DNA of 64,000 nucleotides, taken from a virus. Its lineage: Duplodnaviria > Caudoviricetes. The position numbers and the translations under genes were made by a program. This document shows, piece by piece, positions 47,194-56,394 of the stretch. The stretch lies in the IMG/VR virus record IMGVR_UViG_3300037470_000577, positions 15,291 through 79,290 of that record; one strand, written 5' to 3'. How positions within the stretch are numbered: the stretch's first letter is position 1; the number at the start of each line of letters is the position of its first letter. Under the pieces are notes generated by a model, which saw only the letters and a program-made list of their open reading frames with translations, searched no databases and was not told the origin of the DNA.

Positions 47194-47592
47194 TTATGTT
47201 TCCTTGTCAAAATTCTCCGGCGATGTGAGGGAAGCGTCTGCATGAATAGAGCCGCCCGGTTGGGCCGTCACCGTCATACTCGCCCCCCGTCCCATGCGTA
47301 CCCGGTCAATAATATCATTGGCATAATTACTGCCCCGACTGATAATGATGCCGGTAATAACTACCCCCACATAGGGGATGCGGGCCTGAAAACCCAGCGC
47401 GTCAAAGAAGTCCAGGTTGTAGGCAATGGCTGTGACAATGGACAGGACAAGGGCCACGATAAACCGCCAGTTCTCTCCCAGCCACTCTTTCGAGAATGAC
47501 AGCCCCTTGAAAACATCGAGGGCATTAACTGACCCCTCAACCAGCACCGCTCCCAGAGCGATGAAACCAATTAGCTGTAAAGTAGTGTCCAC
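47194..47592 (-). CDS. holin-like membrane protein
   Basis: 3 TM segments; DFFDALG...GVVITGIIISRGSNY..D. Confidence 0.7.
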   Translation of the reverse strand: MDTTLQLIGFIALGAVLVEGSVNALDVFKGLSFSKEWLGENWRFIVALVLSIVTAIAYNLDFFDALGFQARIPYVGVVITGIIISRGSNYANDIIDRVRMGRGASMTVTAQPGGSIHADASLTSPENFDKET

Positions 47593-47672
47593 ATTAAACC
47601 TCCATTAACGCATGAGTGACTAATAGTTAATCCATGATACCATTATGACACTAAAACAGCAAGGAGAATGAT

Positions 47673-47951
47673 ATGGAGAAGCTATTCGACAAGAACGGCA
47701 AAGAGATTCGGGAGGGGGATACGGTCTCCCTTGCCGGAAACATGACCGCCGATGATAGCCTGGGCTATTTGCCTAATGGTTGGATATTTGATGAGAGTGA
47801 TGTGTACGAAGTTTACTTTGATGAAAGGATTCAAGGGTTGGCATTGCAGTTGGGAGTGGAACCAGATAGCGCAGAAAACGCCAAGTATATGAATCACGCC
47901 ATGTCACTATTATATGGCGGTATGGTAGAGATTGTAGAAGGAGAACGATAG
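47673..47951 (+). CDS. YopX-like protein
   Basis: DKNGKEI.EGD.V ... VEIV. Confidence 0.65.
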   Translation: MEKLFDKNGKEIREGDTVSLAGNMTADDSLGYLPNGWIFDESDVYEVYFDERIQGLALQLGVEPDSAENAKYMNHAMSLLYGGMVEIVEGER

Positions 47952-48128
47952 ATGACAAACTTTGAGCTCAAAGTATTCCTGGCCTCCTTTGTATTTGTGC
48001 TTGCTGCATGGCAAGCTGTTGCAGAAGTTCTCTTTATATTAACTGACGAAGCCGATAAGGGGTATACCCGATTTCAGACCTGCCTCCTGTATCTTATTAT
48101 TGGCCTGTTGCTCCTTCACGCCGCGTGA
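47952..48128 (+). CDS. small 2-TM membrane protein (58 aa, ends LLLHAA*)
   Basis: read manually; stop codon lies inside motif copy 6. Confidence 0.6.
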   Translation: MTNFELKVFLASFVFVLAAWQAVAEVLFILTDEADKGYTRFQTCLLYLIIGLLLLHAA

Positions 48129-48129
48129 A
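48113..48129 (+). repeat. dispersed motif copy 6 (exact 17-mer)
   Basis: CCTTCACGCCGCGTGAA. Confidence 0.9.
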
Positions 48130-48342
48130 GATTCAGGAGGAGATGGGTGATTTAAGGTAGCCCAGGATCGTAACTGTACCGGCCGTTCCTCCGCAAGCCC
48201 CTCGCCCGCATCACGGCCGACATAACCGAACTCCAGCGCGAACGTCTCCACGAGAAAGCAGAATTATTCGGCGGCTGGTCTGAGCTATGCCGCCGAATTG
48301 CCGACGATGAAATTAAATTGAGTTTTAAGGAAGGGTAACCAA

Positions 48343-48969
48343 ATGATTTTCTCAATTAGCGACCTACCGATAACCCCGGAAAACCTCCGGGAATACGAAA
48401 GATTCTTATTGGAAATACACGACGAAGTACCATACGGCGAATTGTGCGACTGTGGCGACTGTCTGGGAGTTAGCCCTCGTTTGATTGCAGCGGCCGACAG
48501 GATAGAGGAGCTTGAAAAGAAACAAGCCGCCCTGAAAGATGATAACGAGGCTCTGAAAAAAGAACTCGGAAGTTCACCAACGGCCGACGCTCTCAACAAA
48601 CTATGGCAGGACATCATTCTCAAGAGAAAGCCCGACTATGGTGATTGGGAATATCCCGGTCAGGCTTACCGGCATTTATTGACAGAGTATGAGGAATTGA
48701 AGGCCGACCCCTGGCAGCGAATCACGGCCGATCCTGCGACGTTGCCGCCTGAGGACACCGCCCTATTAATCTCCATTGATTTCAAAAACGGAAACGGCCA
48801 GATTACAATTGATGGGTATTACCACAAGGGGATGTGGTGTGTTGGCAAATGGAACGAATCTCCCCGCACAGAACATAGGCCAATCATCACTCGCTATTAC
48901 GCGGTAGAGTACGCCTGGCAGCCCTGGCCCGCGCCCGCGCCCTATCCCGATAATGAGGTAAGCAAATGA
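48343..48969 (+). CDS. hypothetical protein with coiled coil and DUF551-like C-terminus
   Basis: WQRI...LP...LLI......WQPWP.P. Confidence 0.65.
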   Translation: MIFSISDLPITPENLREYERFLLEIHDEVPYGELCDCGDCLGVSPRLIAAADRIEELEKKQAALKDDNEALKKELGSSPTADALNKLWQDIILKRKPDYGDWEYPGQAYRHLLTEYEELKADPWQRITADPATLPPEDTALLISIDFKNGNGQITIDGYYHKGMWCVGKWNESPRTEHRPIITRYYAVEYAWQPWPAPAPYPDNEVSK

Positions 48970-49172
48970 TGGACTTAGAGACCGTACTAAAAACAGAAGA
49001 TGACATCCATCTATATTCTGGATTTCGTTGGTTGTATTGGGATGGAACTCTGTGGGTGGTCAAGCAGAGTGCGCATAGGCTGGGTGGCGCGAAAACACTT
49101 TACAGCGGTAGCTCGCTACCCATAGCCTTTGATTACTTAGTCAATGAACAGGTAGGAGAGGTAAGCGAATGA
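48966..49172 (+). CDS. hypothetical protein
   Basis: coupled. Confidence 0.55.
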   Translation: MMDLETVLKTEDDIHLYSGFRWLYWDGTLWVVKQSAHRLGGAKTLYSGSSLPIAFDYLVNEQVGEVSE

Positions 49173-49396
49173 AAAATCACGACGATTGGACTGATGCAAC
49201 CCCGGCCGAACAAGCCGACGACATGCCGTTTGCCGACATGGGCGAACGAGAGCCGGGAGTGCGGTACTATACTCCTGGAGAATTGGAAAGGACGTATCGA
49301 ATAAGCCAGGTGTTATCATGCCTGGTGGTCGGTTGCCTGGTATTGATTGTCGCGGCCGTGATTGCGGCCGCTTATTTGTATTTGGTGATGAGGTGA
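49169..49396 (+). CDS. small membrane protein (C-terminal TM)
   Basis: hydrophobic C-terminus. Confidence 0.6.
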   Translation: MKNHDDWTDATPAEQADDMPFADMGEREPGVRYYTPGELERTYRISQVLSCLVVGCLVLIVAAVIAAAYLYLVMR

Positions 49397-50374
49397 GTGA
49401 TGGGAATTAAAACAGCGATAGAATGGTGTGATAGCAGCCTGAATTTACAAATGGGTTGTAATGGCTGCGAACTATGGACTAGCCGAGTAAAGAACTGCTA
49501 TGCCGGAACCCTAACCGAACGATACGGCGGTAGAAAAGGCTGGCCGATGTCCTTTGAAAAGCCGGTTACATTTCCAGAGCGGTTACAGAAGGCGTTGAGA
49601 TGGCCCGATTTGACCGGCACAGAACGGCCTGGTAAGCCCTGGCTTAATGGCTTACCGCGTCAAATATTCTTGGACGACATGGGCGATACCTTTACTAAGG
49701 GGTTGCCGATTGACTGGCTTCTTCCCCATATCCCCCTCATGGAAGATTCGCCCCACGTCTATCAATTCCTGACAAAACAGCCGAAACGCATGGCAAGATT
49801 CTTTGCCGATTATGTCGGCTATGTGCCAGGTAATTTTATCTTGGGAACGTCTGTAACTAATCAGACAACCCTTGATAGTAGAGTCGGTCATTTAGCGAGC
49901 ATACCCAACGCAACCAGATTTCTGAGCATCGAGCCGCTATTGGGGCCAGTCAGTCTGGAAAGATATTTACCCATTGAATGGTCTGAGATTGGCTCGTGTT
50001 GGGTTCCATCTCATCCGTATGACCCAGGGGCGCGGTCTAAGATTCACCAAGTAATCACCGGCGGAGAATCTGGCCCGAACGCACGGCCGATGCACCCGGC
50101 TTGGGCGCGGCTATTAAGAGACCAATGTCAGGCGGCTGAGGTCGGTTTCTTTTTCAAGCAGTGGGGAACGTATGCCCCGCGCGAGCGGACGGACAAACAA
50201 GGGGGGTGGTGGCTGGGACAAGATGGCGTGAGTTGTCGCTTTGTTGGGCCAGAGGAGCAGTATGAGGAGGACTTGGCAATGGTCAAAGTCGGCAAGAAAG
50301 CTGCTGGCCGCTTGCTGGACGGCCGCGAGTGGAACGAAATGCCCCAGCAAGCCATCAGCGTTTCATCAGATTAA
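49397..50374 (+). CDS. DUF5131 (Gp37/Gp68) radical-SAM-like three-Cys-motif protein
   Basis: TAIEWCD, GCNGC...NCYA, DMGD.F, FLTK.P.R, FLSIEPLLG, VITGGESG..ARPM, FFFKQWG. Confidence 0.92.
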   Translation: MMGIKTAIEWCDSSLNLQMGCNGCELWTSRVKNCYAGTLTERYGGRKGWPMSFEKPVTFPERLQKALRWPDLTGTERPGKPWLNGLPRQIFLDDMGDTFTKGLPIDWLLPHIPLMEDSPHVYQFLTKQPKRMARFFADYVGYVPGNFILGTSVTNQTTLDSRVGHLASIPNATRFLSIEPLLGPVSLERYLPIEWSEIGSCWVPSHPYDPGARSKIHQVITGGESGPNARPMHPAWARLLRDQCQAAEVGFFFKQWGTYAPRERTDKQGGWWLGQDGVSCRFVGPEEQYEEDLAMVKVGKKAAGRLLDGREWNEMPQQAISVSSD

Positions 50375-50384
50375 GGAAAGGACA

Positions 50385-50702
50385 ATGAACATTCAGGAAC
50401 TAGCAAACAAGGCAGCAGAGGTAATAAATCACGCGGGAAAGAGCGGCTTTCCCGGCCAGGATACACTGCAACTGGTTATGCCCCACCGCAAAAAGTGGGC
50501 CGAAACTCGCTATCTTGCGGGGCGAAATAGCCCTAAAGGAACCTACCTGGATTACTGCAAAGACGGGGAAATAATTAACTTTGATGCTATTGACATGCTG
50601 GCGTGGTGTGTTGCCAACGGTGCGACCGGAACGGCTGTCATAGACGGTAAGCAGGTTAATTTGGCTGACTTGTTACCAACCACAGCCCCGGATTCCAACT
50701 AA
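50385..50702 (+). CDS. hypothetical protein
   Basis: AAGG SD before ATG 50385; convergent overlap with the M23 gene. Confidence 0.6.
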   Translation: MNIQELANKAAEVINHAGKSGFPGQDTLQLVMPHRKKWAETRYLAGRNSPKGTYLDYCKDGEIINFDAIDMLAWCVANGATGTAVIDGKQVNLADLLPTTAPDSN

Positions 50703-51291
50703 GCCCCTGATACCTCAATTCAATATGCAGATGCGAATCGCCAGCCACCGCCCCCGTCCGCCCCACGTACCCAACCACGTCCCCGGCCGCAACCCCAACC
50801 CCGCAGCCCAACCCCCCAACAACGGCCGACAAATGGCCCAGGACAATCACCCGGCCGGAACTGGCAACGGCGACCATTTCCCCAAAACCGGCCGACGTGT
50901 AGCCCGCCCAAACAACGGCCCCATTGACCGGCGAAATAACCGGCGTTCCGGACGGGGCATAAATGTCGATACCTACGTGCCGTCCCCCAGGTTCGAAGCC
51001 AAACGGCCGAAACTCGGCATACCCCGGAACCGGCCACCTCATGGAGCCAGTCCAGCCCCAACCATAACGCATGGGGCAATAGCCACTATCGTACTGGCCC
51101 GCGCCACTCCAGGGAAATCCAATGGGGGGTAGGCTGTCGGGTTGGGACTGTGCGGTTGGCGCTGGCTGCGCTACGGCCGTAGGCGCTGTGTCTGGTGGTG
51201 GCCCGGCCGGGTCACCTATTGGTACGGTTGGGTCACGGCCGGAAGCCAGAAGAATGACGAGTATAAGGGGTATCAGGGCTAGTCGTTTCAT
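50656..51291 (-). CDS. M23 metallopeptidase with signal peptide and Pro/Thr linker
   Basis: HVGIDI (HxxxD), GTPV.SP..G.V, HLS, GYVGRTG....HLH. Confidence 0.9.
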   Translation of the reverse strand: MKRLALIPLILVILLASGRDPTVPIGDPAGPPPDTAPTAVAQPAPTAQSQPDSLPPIGFPWSGAGQYDSGYCPMRYGWGWTGSMRWPVPGYAEFRPFGFEPGGRHVGIDIYAPSGTPVISPVNGAVVWAGYTSAGFGEMVAVASSGRVIVLGHLSAVVGGLGCGVGVAAGDVVGYVGRTGAVAGDSHLHIELRYQGLSWNPGLWLVTSQPN

Positions 51292-51797
51292 CCTGTCACG
51301 TAATTAATCCACTGAGGGGATGTATTTCCAGGGCATTGTGTTTGCGCCCCAGGCATGTCTCGATGGCGAGTTACGGCTGCAATCGTTGGTAACTGCCCTT
51401 TCAGGTAAGCTACCAACGACCGGGCCGCGTCAAGCTGGGCCTGGGGCGGGGGATTGTCGGTAAAGTTACCCAACAAACAACAGCCCACAGACCACAGATT
51501 CTCATCCCCTGGCGCATTCCAAGAGCCAGCATGGTAACTCTTGGTAGTCAGGTGATTGACCTGGTAGATAGTCCCATTTGCTCCAATACAGAAGTGATAG
51601 CCAATTCCGGGCCATCCATCGGGAGCATTCGGCCGGGGCGCGACGTGGTAATTGGCTATGCTGGTCACCTCTGCTAGGGGATTAGAGCCGCCGCCGCTTA
51701 CTGAATGATGAATAGTTAGGGTCGTGATTGCCGATAGCGGCCGTGACGCATACGTTAACGTCGCGTGTTTTTTGAGCTGGTCTACTACGTCAATCAA
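51288..51797 (-). CDS. N-acetylmuramoyl-L-alanine amidase (Amidase_2/PGRP-like), endolysin
   Basis: TIHHS, GWPGIGYHF.I, HA...N..SVG.C.LGNF, HR....T.CPG. Confidence 0.92.
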   Translation of the reverse strand: MIDVVDQLKKHATLTYASRPLSAITTLTIHHSVSGGGSNPLAEVTSIANYHVAPRPNAPDGWPGIGYHFCIGANGTIYQVNHLTTKSYHAGSWNAPGDENLWSVGCCLLGNFTDNPPPQAQLDAARSLVAYLKGQLPTIAAVTRHRDMPGAQTQCPGNTSPQWINYVTG

Positions 51798-53695
51798 AAA
51801 GGGGTAGGGGGAGGAGACACCGCCGGGTCACCAAACCACTTTGCCGCCCCCCAGGGCTGGCCGGGCGCGGGAACGTCAACCCAATACACCCGCCACTCCC
51901 CGGTTTTAAGGTCAACGACGTAGGCTATTTTCTTTTCGATTCCGTCCGGCGTTATGTAGTCTAGCTGGTCGGTTGCGATATTGAAGCCGTCGGCGCTGAT
52001 AGCTACCTGAAGCGCCGATGTTTTGTTGAATGCTATTTTCTTTTGGCTCTTGGCGTAAGCCCAAGCCTCTTCTTGCCATGTCATAGGTATTACCTCCACT
52101 AATCCGGCCGTCCCCCAAAAAATAGCGTTATTCGCCAGCGGATAATTAAACCGCCATTCAACCACCAACTGCGCCGCCCCAGCCGCCACATCAAACACCG
52201 GTTCATTAATCTCGCCCGGCTTCATTAGATACCAGGCCGAGCCATTGACCCGAAGCTGCCCGGCCGGATTGTTCGGATCGTAGGTGGCGTACTTTTTGGG
52301 ATTGTAGCTGGCGACCAAATCAGCAAAGAAGCGAATCGTCGCCTTGCCCGGCTTGCTCAGCGGTTGGGATAAATTTTGGATATATGGCCCATGCCACGTA
52401 CCGCTGCCCTTAAACGCCTTCACCGCCTGACTGCCCGTCAAGCCAAACTGTTCCCACTCCCCGGCCGGAAGCTGCGACTTCAATATAACCCGCGTCTCCG
52501 GCTTCACATAAGCGGCCGGATCATAAGGATTGGCCCCGGTGTAATAGTCAAACTCCCATTCATTCGGAACCTGGCCGGTTGCCTGGTCGTACCAGCCGCC
52601 CTCGAAATCGGCGTTCCTGAGCAGGTTGCCCGTTGGCGGCGGGGTAGGTGGGTCGGGCGGCGGTGGCGGCGGCGGGGCTGGTACGGCAGTCCAATTCTGC
52701 CCGATTACCTGACACACTTTAACCAAATCGTCCCCGGCCGTCTCAAATTTACCCCATTGACTGCCGCCGCCGCTAGTGAACCAATGAGCGCCCAAAATGC
52801 GGCCTTGTTGCCAGGCGGCCGTCGTCTTTAGTTTGTCAATGAACCACTTCACCGATTCAACATACTTGTTAATATCACCGTTATGCACATTTGGATGTTT
52901 CCAGCCGTCAATAGCAGATGAGAACGGCCCGGTCTCAGTGAATAACCATTGCACCGTATAACCGGCTGCTTTGAAATTGTTATCCAGCTTGACAAACCGC
53001 CCGGCGTAAAACTCCCATGAGCCAGGATCGCGCGTGCCATTTATCCAATGGTCATAATTGTGGAAGCCCATGACGCAATCATACTGCACAGCTATTTGAG
53101 CAAAGCCGTTTGCTACGTCATTGCCAACTGGCGCGTTAACCAGCACCAGGCGGATGTGGGCCAATTCCGGCTTAGTCCGATATTCATTCTTCCAAACATC
53201 GGCAACAGCCTTCGCCCAGGTCAAGCGGTCTTGTAATTCCTGTCCGGTGTGCGAACTTGCCAAATATTCATTGAGCTCCTCGATGAAGTCCACCTTATGA
53301 GCGTTCTGCATGAAGGTGGTGTCGATGAAGCTCTGGTAGAAAGCCCGCGCCCGCTGCTTGTTCTCCTCATAGGTCCCCCCAAAAACATAGTTGTTGTCAT
53401 ACCAGTGACGGAGAACGCTGGTAACATTACCCGACACGGCCGCTTCTCTTGACATGCCCGCCCGCCCTGTCTCCGGTAATGATTCAAGCCAGGCGTGGCG
53501 ATTGGCTGTCATTTCCGCCTCCGATAACGGCTGCACCTCTTCGAGCGCGTCCGTGCTGTCAGGCCACCCCATCGCCTCTAATCGCAATGTACCCGGAATC
53601 ATCTGCACCTGGTCAACGTACTTCACCACGAAACCATCCGGCAAATACCCGACCGCCTCAAGCCATTTATTTACTGATTGCTGAAAATGTGGCAT
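51794..53695 (-). CDS. modular glycoside-hydrolase-like lysis protein (TIM-barrel GH-A-like + poly-Pro linker + CBM-like + C-terminal domain)
   Basis: IEELNEY and LFTETG catalytic-Glu-like motifs; NLLRNADFEGG CBM-type start. Confidence 0.6.
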   Translation of the reverse strand: MPHFQQSVNKWLEAVGYLPDGFVVKYVDQVQMIPGTLRLEAMGWPDSTDALEEVQPLSEAEMTANRHAWLESLPETGRAGMSREAAVSGNVTSVLRHWYDNNYVFGGTYEENKQRARAFYQSFIDTTFMQNAHKVDFIEELNEYLASSHTGQELQDRLTWAKAVADVWKNEYRTKPELAHIRLVLVNAPVGNDVANGFAQIAVQYDCVMGFHNYDHWINGTRDPGSWEFYAGRFVKLDNNFKAAGYTVQWLFTETGPFSSAIDGWKHPNVHNGDINKYVESVKWFIDKLKTTAAWQQGRILGAHWFTSGGGSQWGKFETAGDDLVKVCQVIGQNWTAVPAPPPPPPPDPPTPPPTGNLLRNADFEGGWYDQATGQVPNEWEFDYYTGANPYDPAAYVKPETRVILKSQLPAGEWEQFGLTGSQAVKAFKGSGTWHGPYIQNLSQPLSKPGKATIRFFADLVASYNPKKYATYDPNNPAGQLRVNGSAWYLMKPGEINEPVFDVAAGAAQLVVEWRFNYPLANNAIFWGTAGLVEVIPMTWQEEAWAYAKSQKKIAFNKTSALQVAISADGFNIATDQLDYITPDGIEKKIAYVVDLKTGEWRVYWVDVPAPGQPWGAAKWFGDPAVSPPPTPF

Positions 53696-53745
53696 CGTTA
53701 ATCTCCTAACAATAAGTTGTTATCATCCCCCCAAGTCACTACTCA

Positions 53746-53877
53746 TTAAAGCAAAAACGAAGCCGCGAAAAAAGCCAGCCCAAACGCTTTCAGGTCATAG
53801 CCACGCGGGGAGACCCCCAACCCGGCCAATACGAAAAGTACAATCGCAATGATAATTAGAATCAACTTCCAGGGCAT
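53746..53877 (-). CDS. small 2-TM membrane protein (43 aa)
   Basis: read manually: MPWKLILIIIAIVLFVLAGLGV... Confidence 0.55.
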   Translation of the reverse strand: MPWKLILIIIAIVLFVLAGLGVSPRGYDLKAFGLAFFAASFLL

Positions 53878-53887
53878 TTCATTCACC

Positions 53888-54346
53888 TCACTTTTTTTCT
53901 GCCAGTTGAACGGCCAGCAGTGTTACCTCTTTCTGCAACTCCAATATTGTTTGGTTCCCCGCCTTCACTTCTTCTCTGAGTTCCTTTATCGTCTTATTCG
54001 CATCGTCAAGATTGGTATTCGCCCGCTCCAACGCCGTCGCCAGCGCGTCTATTTTCCCATGGAGTGTACCCACACGCTGCTCATACAGCGTTTGGGCCGC
54101 TTCTATTGCTGCCTTCAATGCCCTGACCTCGGCCTCTAATTCCCGCATTTGTTTTATGGTCTCTTCCACGCGCGACTGATAGTAAGCCGTCTCGGTTTGC
54201 CGGGTATCGCTTTCTATCTGGTCGGTTTCGGCCGTCGTTTTTCGCACGTCCGCCCGCACCTTACGTCTATTAATGTAGGCCATAGCCAGAGCGGTGACTG
54301 TTCCGCCGCCAAAGAGAGAAATAAGTGCTACGATGTATGGTTCCAT
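53888..54346 (-). CDS. N-terminally anchored coiled-coil membrane protein (holin/spanin-like)
   Basis: TM residues 4-25 then long heptad coil; lysis-block position. Confidence 0.65.
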   Translation of the reverse strand: MEPYIVALISLFGGGTVTALAMAYINRRKVRADVRKTTAETDQIESDTRQTETAYYQSRVEETIKQMRELEAEVRALKAAIEAAQTLYEQRVGTLHGKIDALATALERANTNLDDANKTIKELREEVKAGNQTILELQKEVTLLAVQLAEKK

Positions 54347-54369
54347 GCTCTAATCCTCATTACATTAAA

Positions 54370-54386
54370 CCTTCACGCCGCGTGAA
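54370..54386 (+). repeat. dispersed motif copy 7 (exact 17-mer), intergenic
   Basis: AAACCTTCACGCCGCGTGAAC between two - strand genes. Confidence 0.9.
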
Positions 54387-54388
54387 CA

Positions 54389-55234
54389 TTATGGATATGC
54401 CCTGTTTGCCACCGGATTGCGGAACGCCTTCCCGATCCATGTCAGGCCGTTATCATCCAGGAAACTACTAAACACACAGCCTTCGTTCTGGACAGTATAC
54501 CCGAAATATCTTCCGATTCGTGAATCTGTTTCCAAAGTCTTTAACCATAACAAGAAATTATTGTAGTCCGTCTTGGTTGTATTGCAGCCATTCCAGCCAA
54601 TCTCGGTGACCCATATCGGCCTGTCGCACGGCACGAATGAGCAGAATACATCTATTTGCTTGGCCGCATTCCAGCCGGTCGAGTTAGGATACATGTGCAT
54701 ACTCCAGGCACATATCCGCGATAGACTGCCGCCCAAATCTTCAAAGACTGTGATGAACTCCTGCACCCACCGACCGTCCTGGGCGGATGAGATACCAGGT
54801 CCGACAAAGCAACAACCGGGACAATGACTCATTGCTTCTATCATTACAGTGGCCGCTGCCTGCTTGGTCATGCTGCACTGGTCTGGCCTATCCGGTTCGT
54901 TGATAACATATACATATATTCTTGCATTAGCCGGAACAACTTGTTTCCACTGCGTCAGATAATCATAGCCATTCTTCCACCCGCACCACAGCGTTGATAT
55001 TTTCTGTGGGCCGTAACTTGCTTGCCAGTCGTGATAGAACGAAGCACAGAAATAATCCAGATGTGCGCCACCATTAACGGCAGCCAATCCCTTCTTTGCG
55101 CTGGCCTGACACGGGAATGAAACTTGCAGGAACGGTATGTAATCCTTGCTAATAACCTGTGGCTCTGGTCGTGGTTCGGGGGCGGGAGCGCAGGCGACAA
55201 GAATCACCAATAACAAAAAGCACCAACGCATCAA
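54389..55234 (-). CDS. GH128-like (Glyco_hydro_cc, clan GH-A) glycoside hydrolase, probable lipoprotein
   Basis: LLLVILVAC lipobox-like; YVINEPDRPDQ, H.Y, PIWVTEIG, RYFGY. Confidence 0.8.
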   Translation of the reverse strand: MMRWCFLLLVILVACAPAPEPRPEPQVISKDYIPFLQVSFPCQASAKKGLAAVNGGAHLDYFCASFYHDWQASYGPQKISTLWCGWKNGYDYLTQWKQVVPANARIYVYVINEPDRPDQCSMTKQAAATVMIEAMSHCPGCCFVGPGISSAQDGRWVQEFITVFEDLGGSLSRICAWSMHMYPNSTGWNAAKQIDVFCSFVPCDRPIWVTEIGWNGCNTTKTDYNNFLLWLKTLETDSRIGRYFGYTVQNEGCVFSSFLDDNGLTWIGKAFRNPVANRAYP

Positions 55235-56265
55235 ACTTGCGCTCCAATTGCGGTCATAAATGTCTGGATGGCGGTGTAAAAGTCGGCTTGCTCCGTCGCA
55301 TCCATTGAGCGACCAGCAAGGGCAAAGGCGTACTGGCGAGTAGAGTAAGCAATAGTCAGGGCAGATGCATGATACGCTCCAATAAAAAGGGTGACATTGG
55401 GCAACGCCGCCGACGCGCCGCTCCCGGTGTCTATGAGTACCCCGGCTTTGTATCCCTGCACGGCATTACTAGCCGAACGATTGGCGGTGAAAAGGGAGCG
55501 AGAATCAAGATTTCCAGCAACTAACCCCGACTCATTGCCATTTACCCCGCTGATAAATGTGTCAGAATTCCGTATTGCCATCCTTATGGTTCTGGTTGAA
55601 TTATCCTGCCCCCCCATGTCGGTCATGTTGTTAGTATCTACATTAGTTCGACTATATATACCGATGCAAGCCGAGTTCTGCTGATAGTTAACTCCCTGAG
55701 TGGAGGGGTTGAAATTGGTATCCAGGTGGGAACTTGCCCCGTCGCCGGTAACCCCCCGGTTGGCTTCAAAGGCCATTGCATTAACATTGGTGGCATTGTG
55801 CGTTCCTGGATTAACAATGTTAATGAGCGCATCGGCCGCGACCTCATGGGCCAGGATATACATGAAGTCAAAGGCATCTGACAGAGTTGTGATTCCCAAA
55901 GCTGCCCGAATGTCAACAAATAAATCACTGGCAGCATTACGCCAGGCGTCGGACGGCTGGGCTGAGTATGATGATTCGACGGTCAGGTACTCAGTGTCTA
56001 GCCCACCGCCCAACGTCCCCTCGACCACATAAACGGGATAGATGGGGGTTGGCGTAACCAGCCCGTTACTTTCATTAACCTCGTAAACGTCAATGGGCGG
56101 CCCTGCCTGAATAGCCCGCTCGCCTTCGGCCACAGCATAGACCCGAATGATTCGTCCGGCAACGAGGCGGTTGCCTGGATCAGTGATAACCCGAACGCGG
56201 CGAGCAGGGCCAGCAACAAGACGATTGCCGGGGTCGGTGACGGGAATAACTTTGATGATGCTCAT
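55231..56265 (-). CDS. virion-associated LamG/lectin-like protein
   Basis: NRGVTGDGASSHLDTNFNPS...NSACIGIYSRT beta-sandwich type seen in phage fibres. Confidence 0.55.
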   Translation of the reverse strand: MSIIKVIPVTDPGNRLVAGPARRVRVITDPGNRLVAGRIIRVYAVAEGERAIQAGPPIDVYEVNESNGLVTPTPIYPVYVVEGTLGGGLDTEYLTVESSYSAQPSDAWRNAASDLFVDIRAALGITTLSDAFDFMYILAHEVAADALINIVNPGTHNATNVNAMAFEANRGVTGDGASSHLDTNFNPSTQGVNYQQNSACIGIYSRTNVDTNNMTDMGGQDNSTRTIRMAIRNSDTFISGVNGNESGLVAGNLDSRSLFTANRSASNAVQGYKAGVLIDTGSGASAALPNVTLFIGAYHASALTIAYSTRQYAFALAGRSMDATEQADFYTAIQTFMTAIGAQV

Positions 56266-56393
56266 AGCCAGGGGGCCGGGATGGATGTACCGGGATAGCA
56301 GCGACGGCGGATTACACGTTCCTGACGCGGAATCGCCGTGTGCCAGAAACCAGCCTGCCAGAACCAGATAGTGAAGAAGGATGAATTAAACAT
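56262..56393 (-). CDS. small aromatic-rich peptide (43 aa, MFNSSFFTIWFWQAGFW...)
   Basis: read manually; coupled at both ends. Confidence 0.5.
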   Translation of the reverse strand: MFNSSFFTIWFWQAGFWHTAIPRQERVIRRRCYPGTSIPAPWL

Positions 56394-56394
56394 A

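Noticed and set aside
56130-56250. Duplicated TDPGNRLVAG segment
   Set aside because: Short intragenic peptide duplication with synonymous divergence; not a TR/VR pair.
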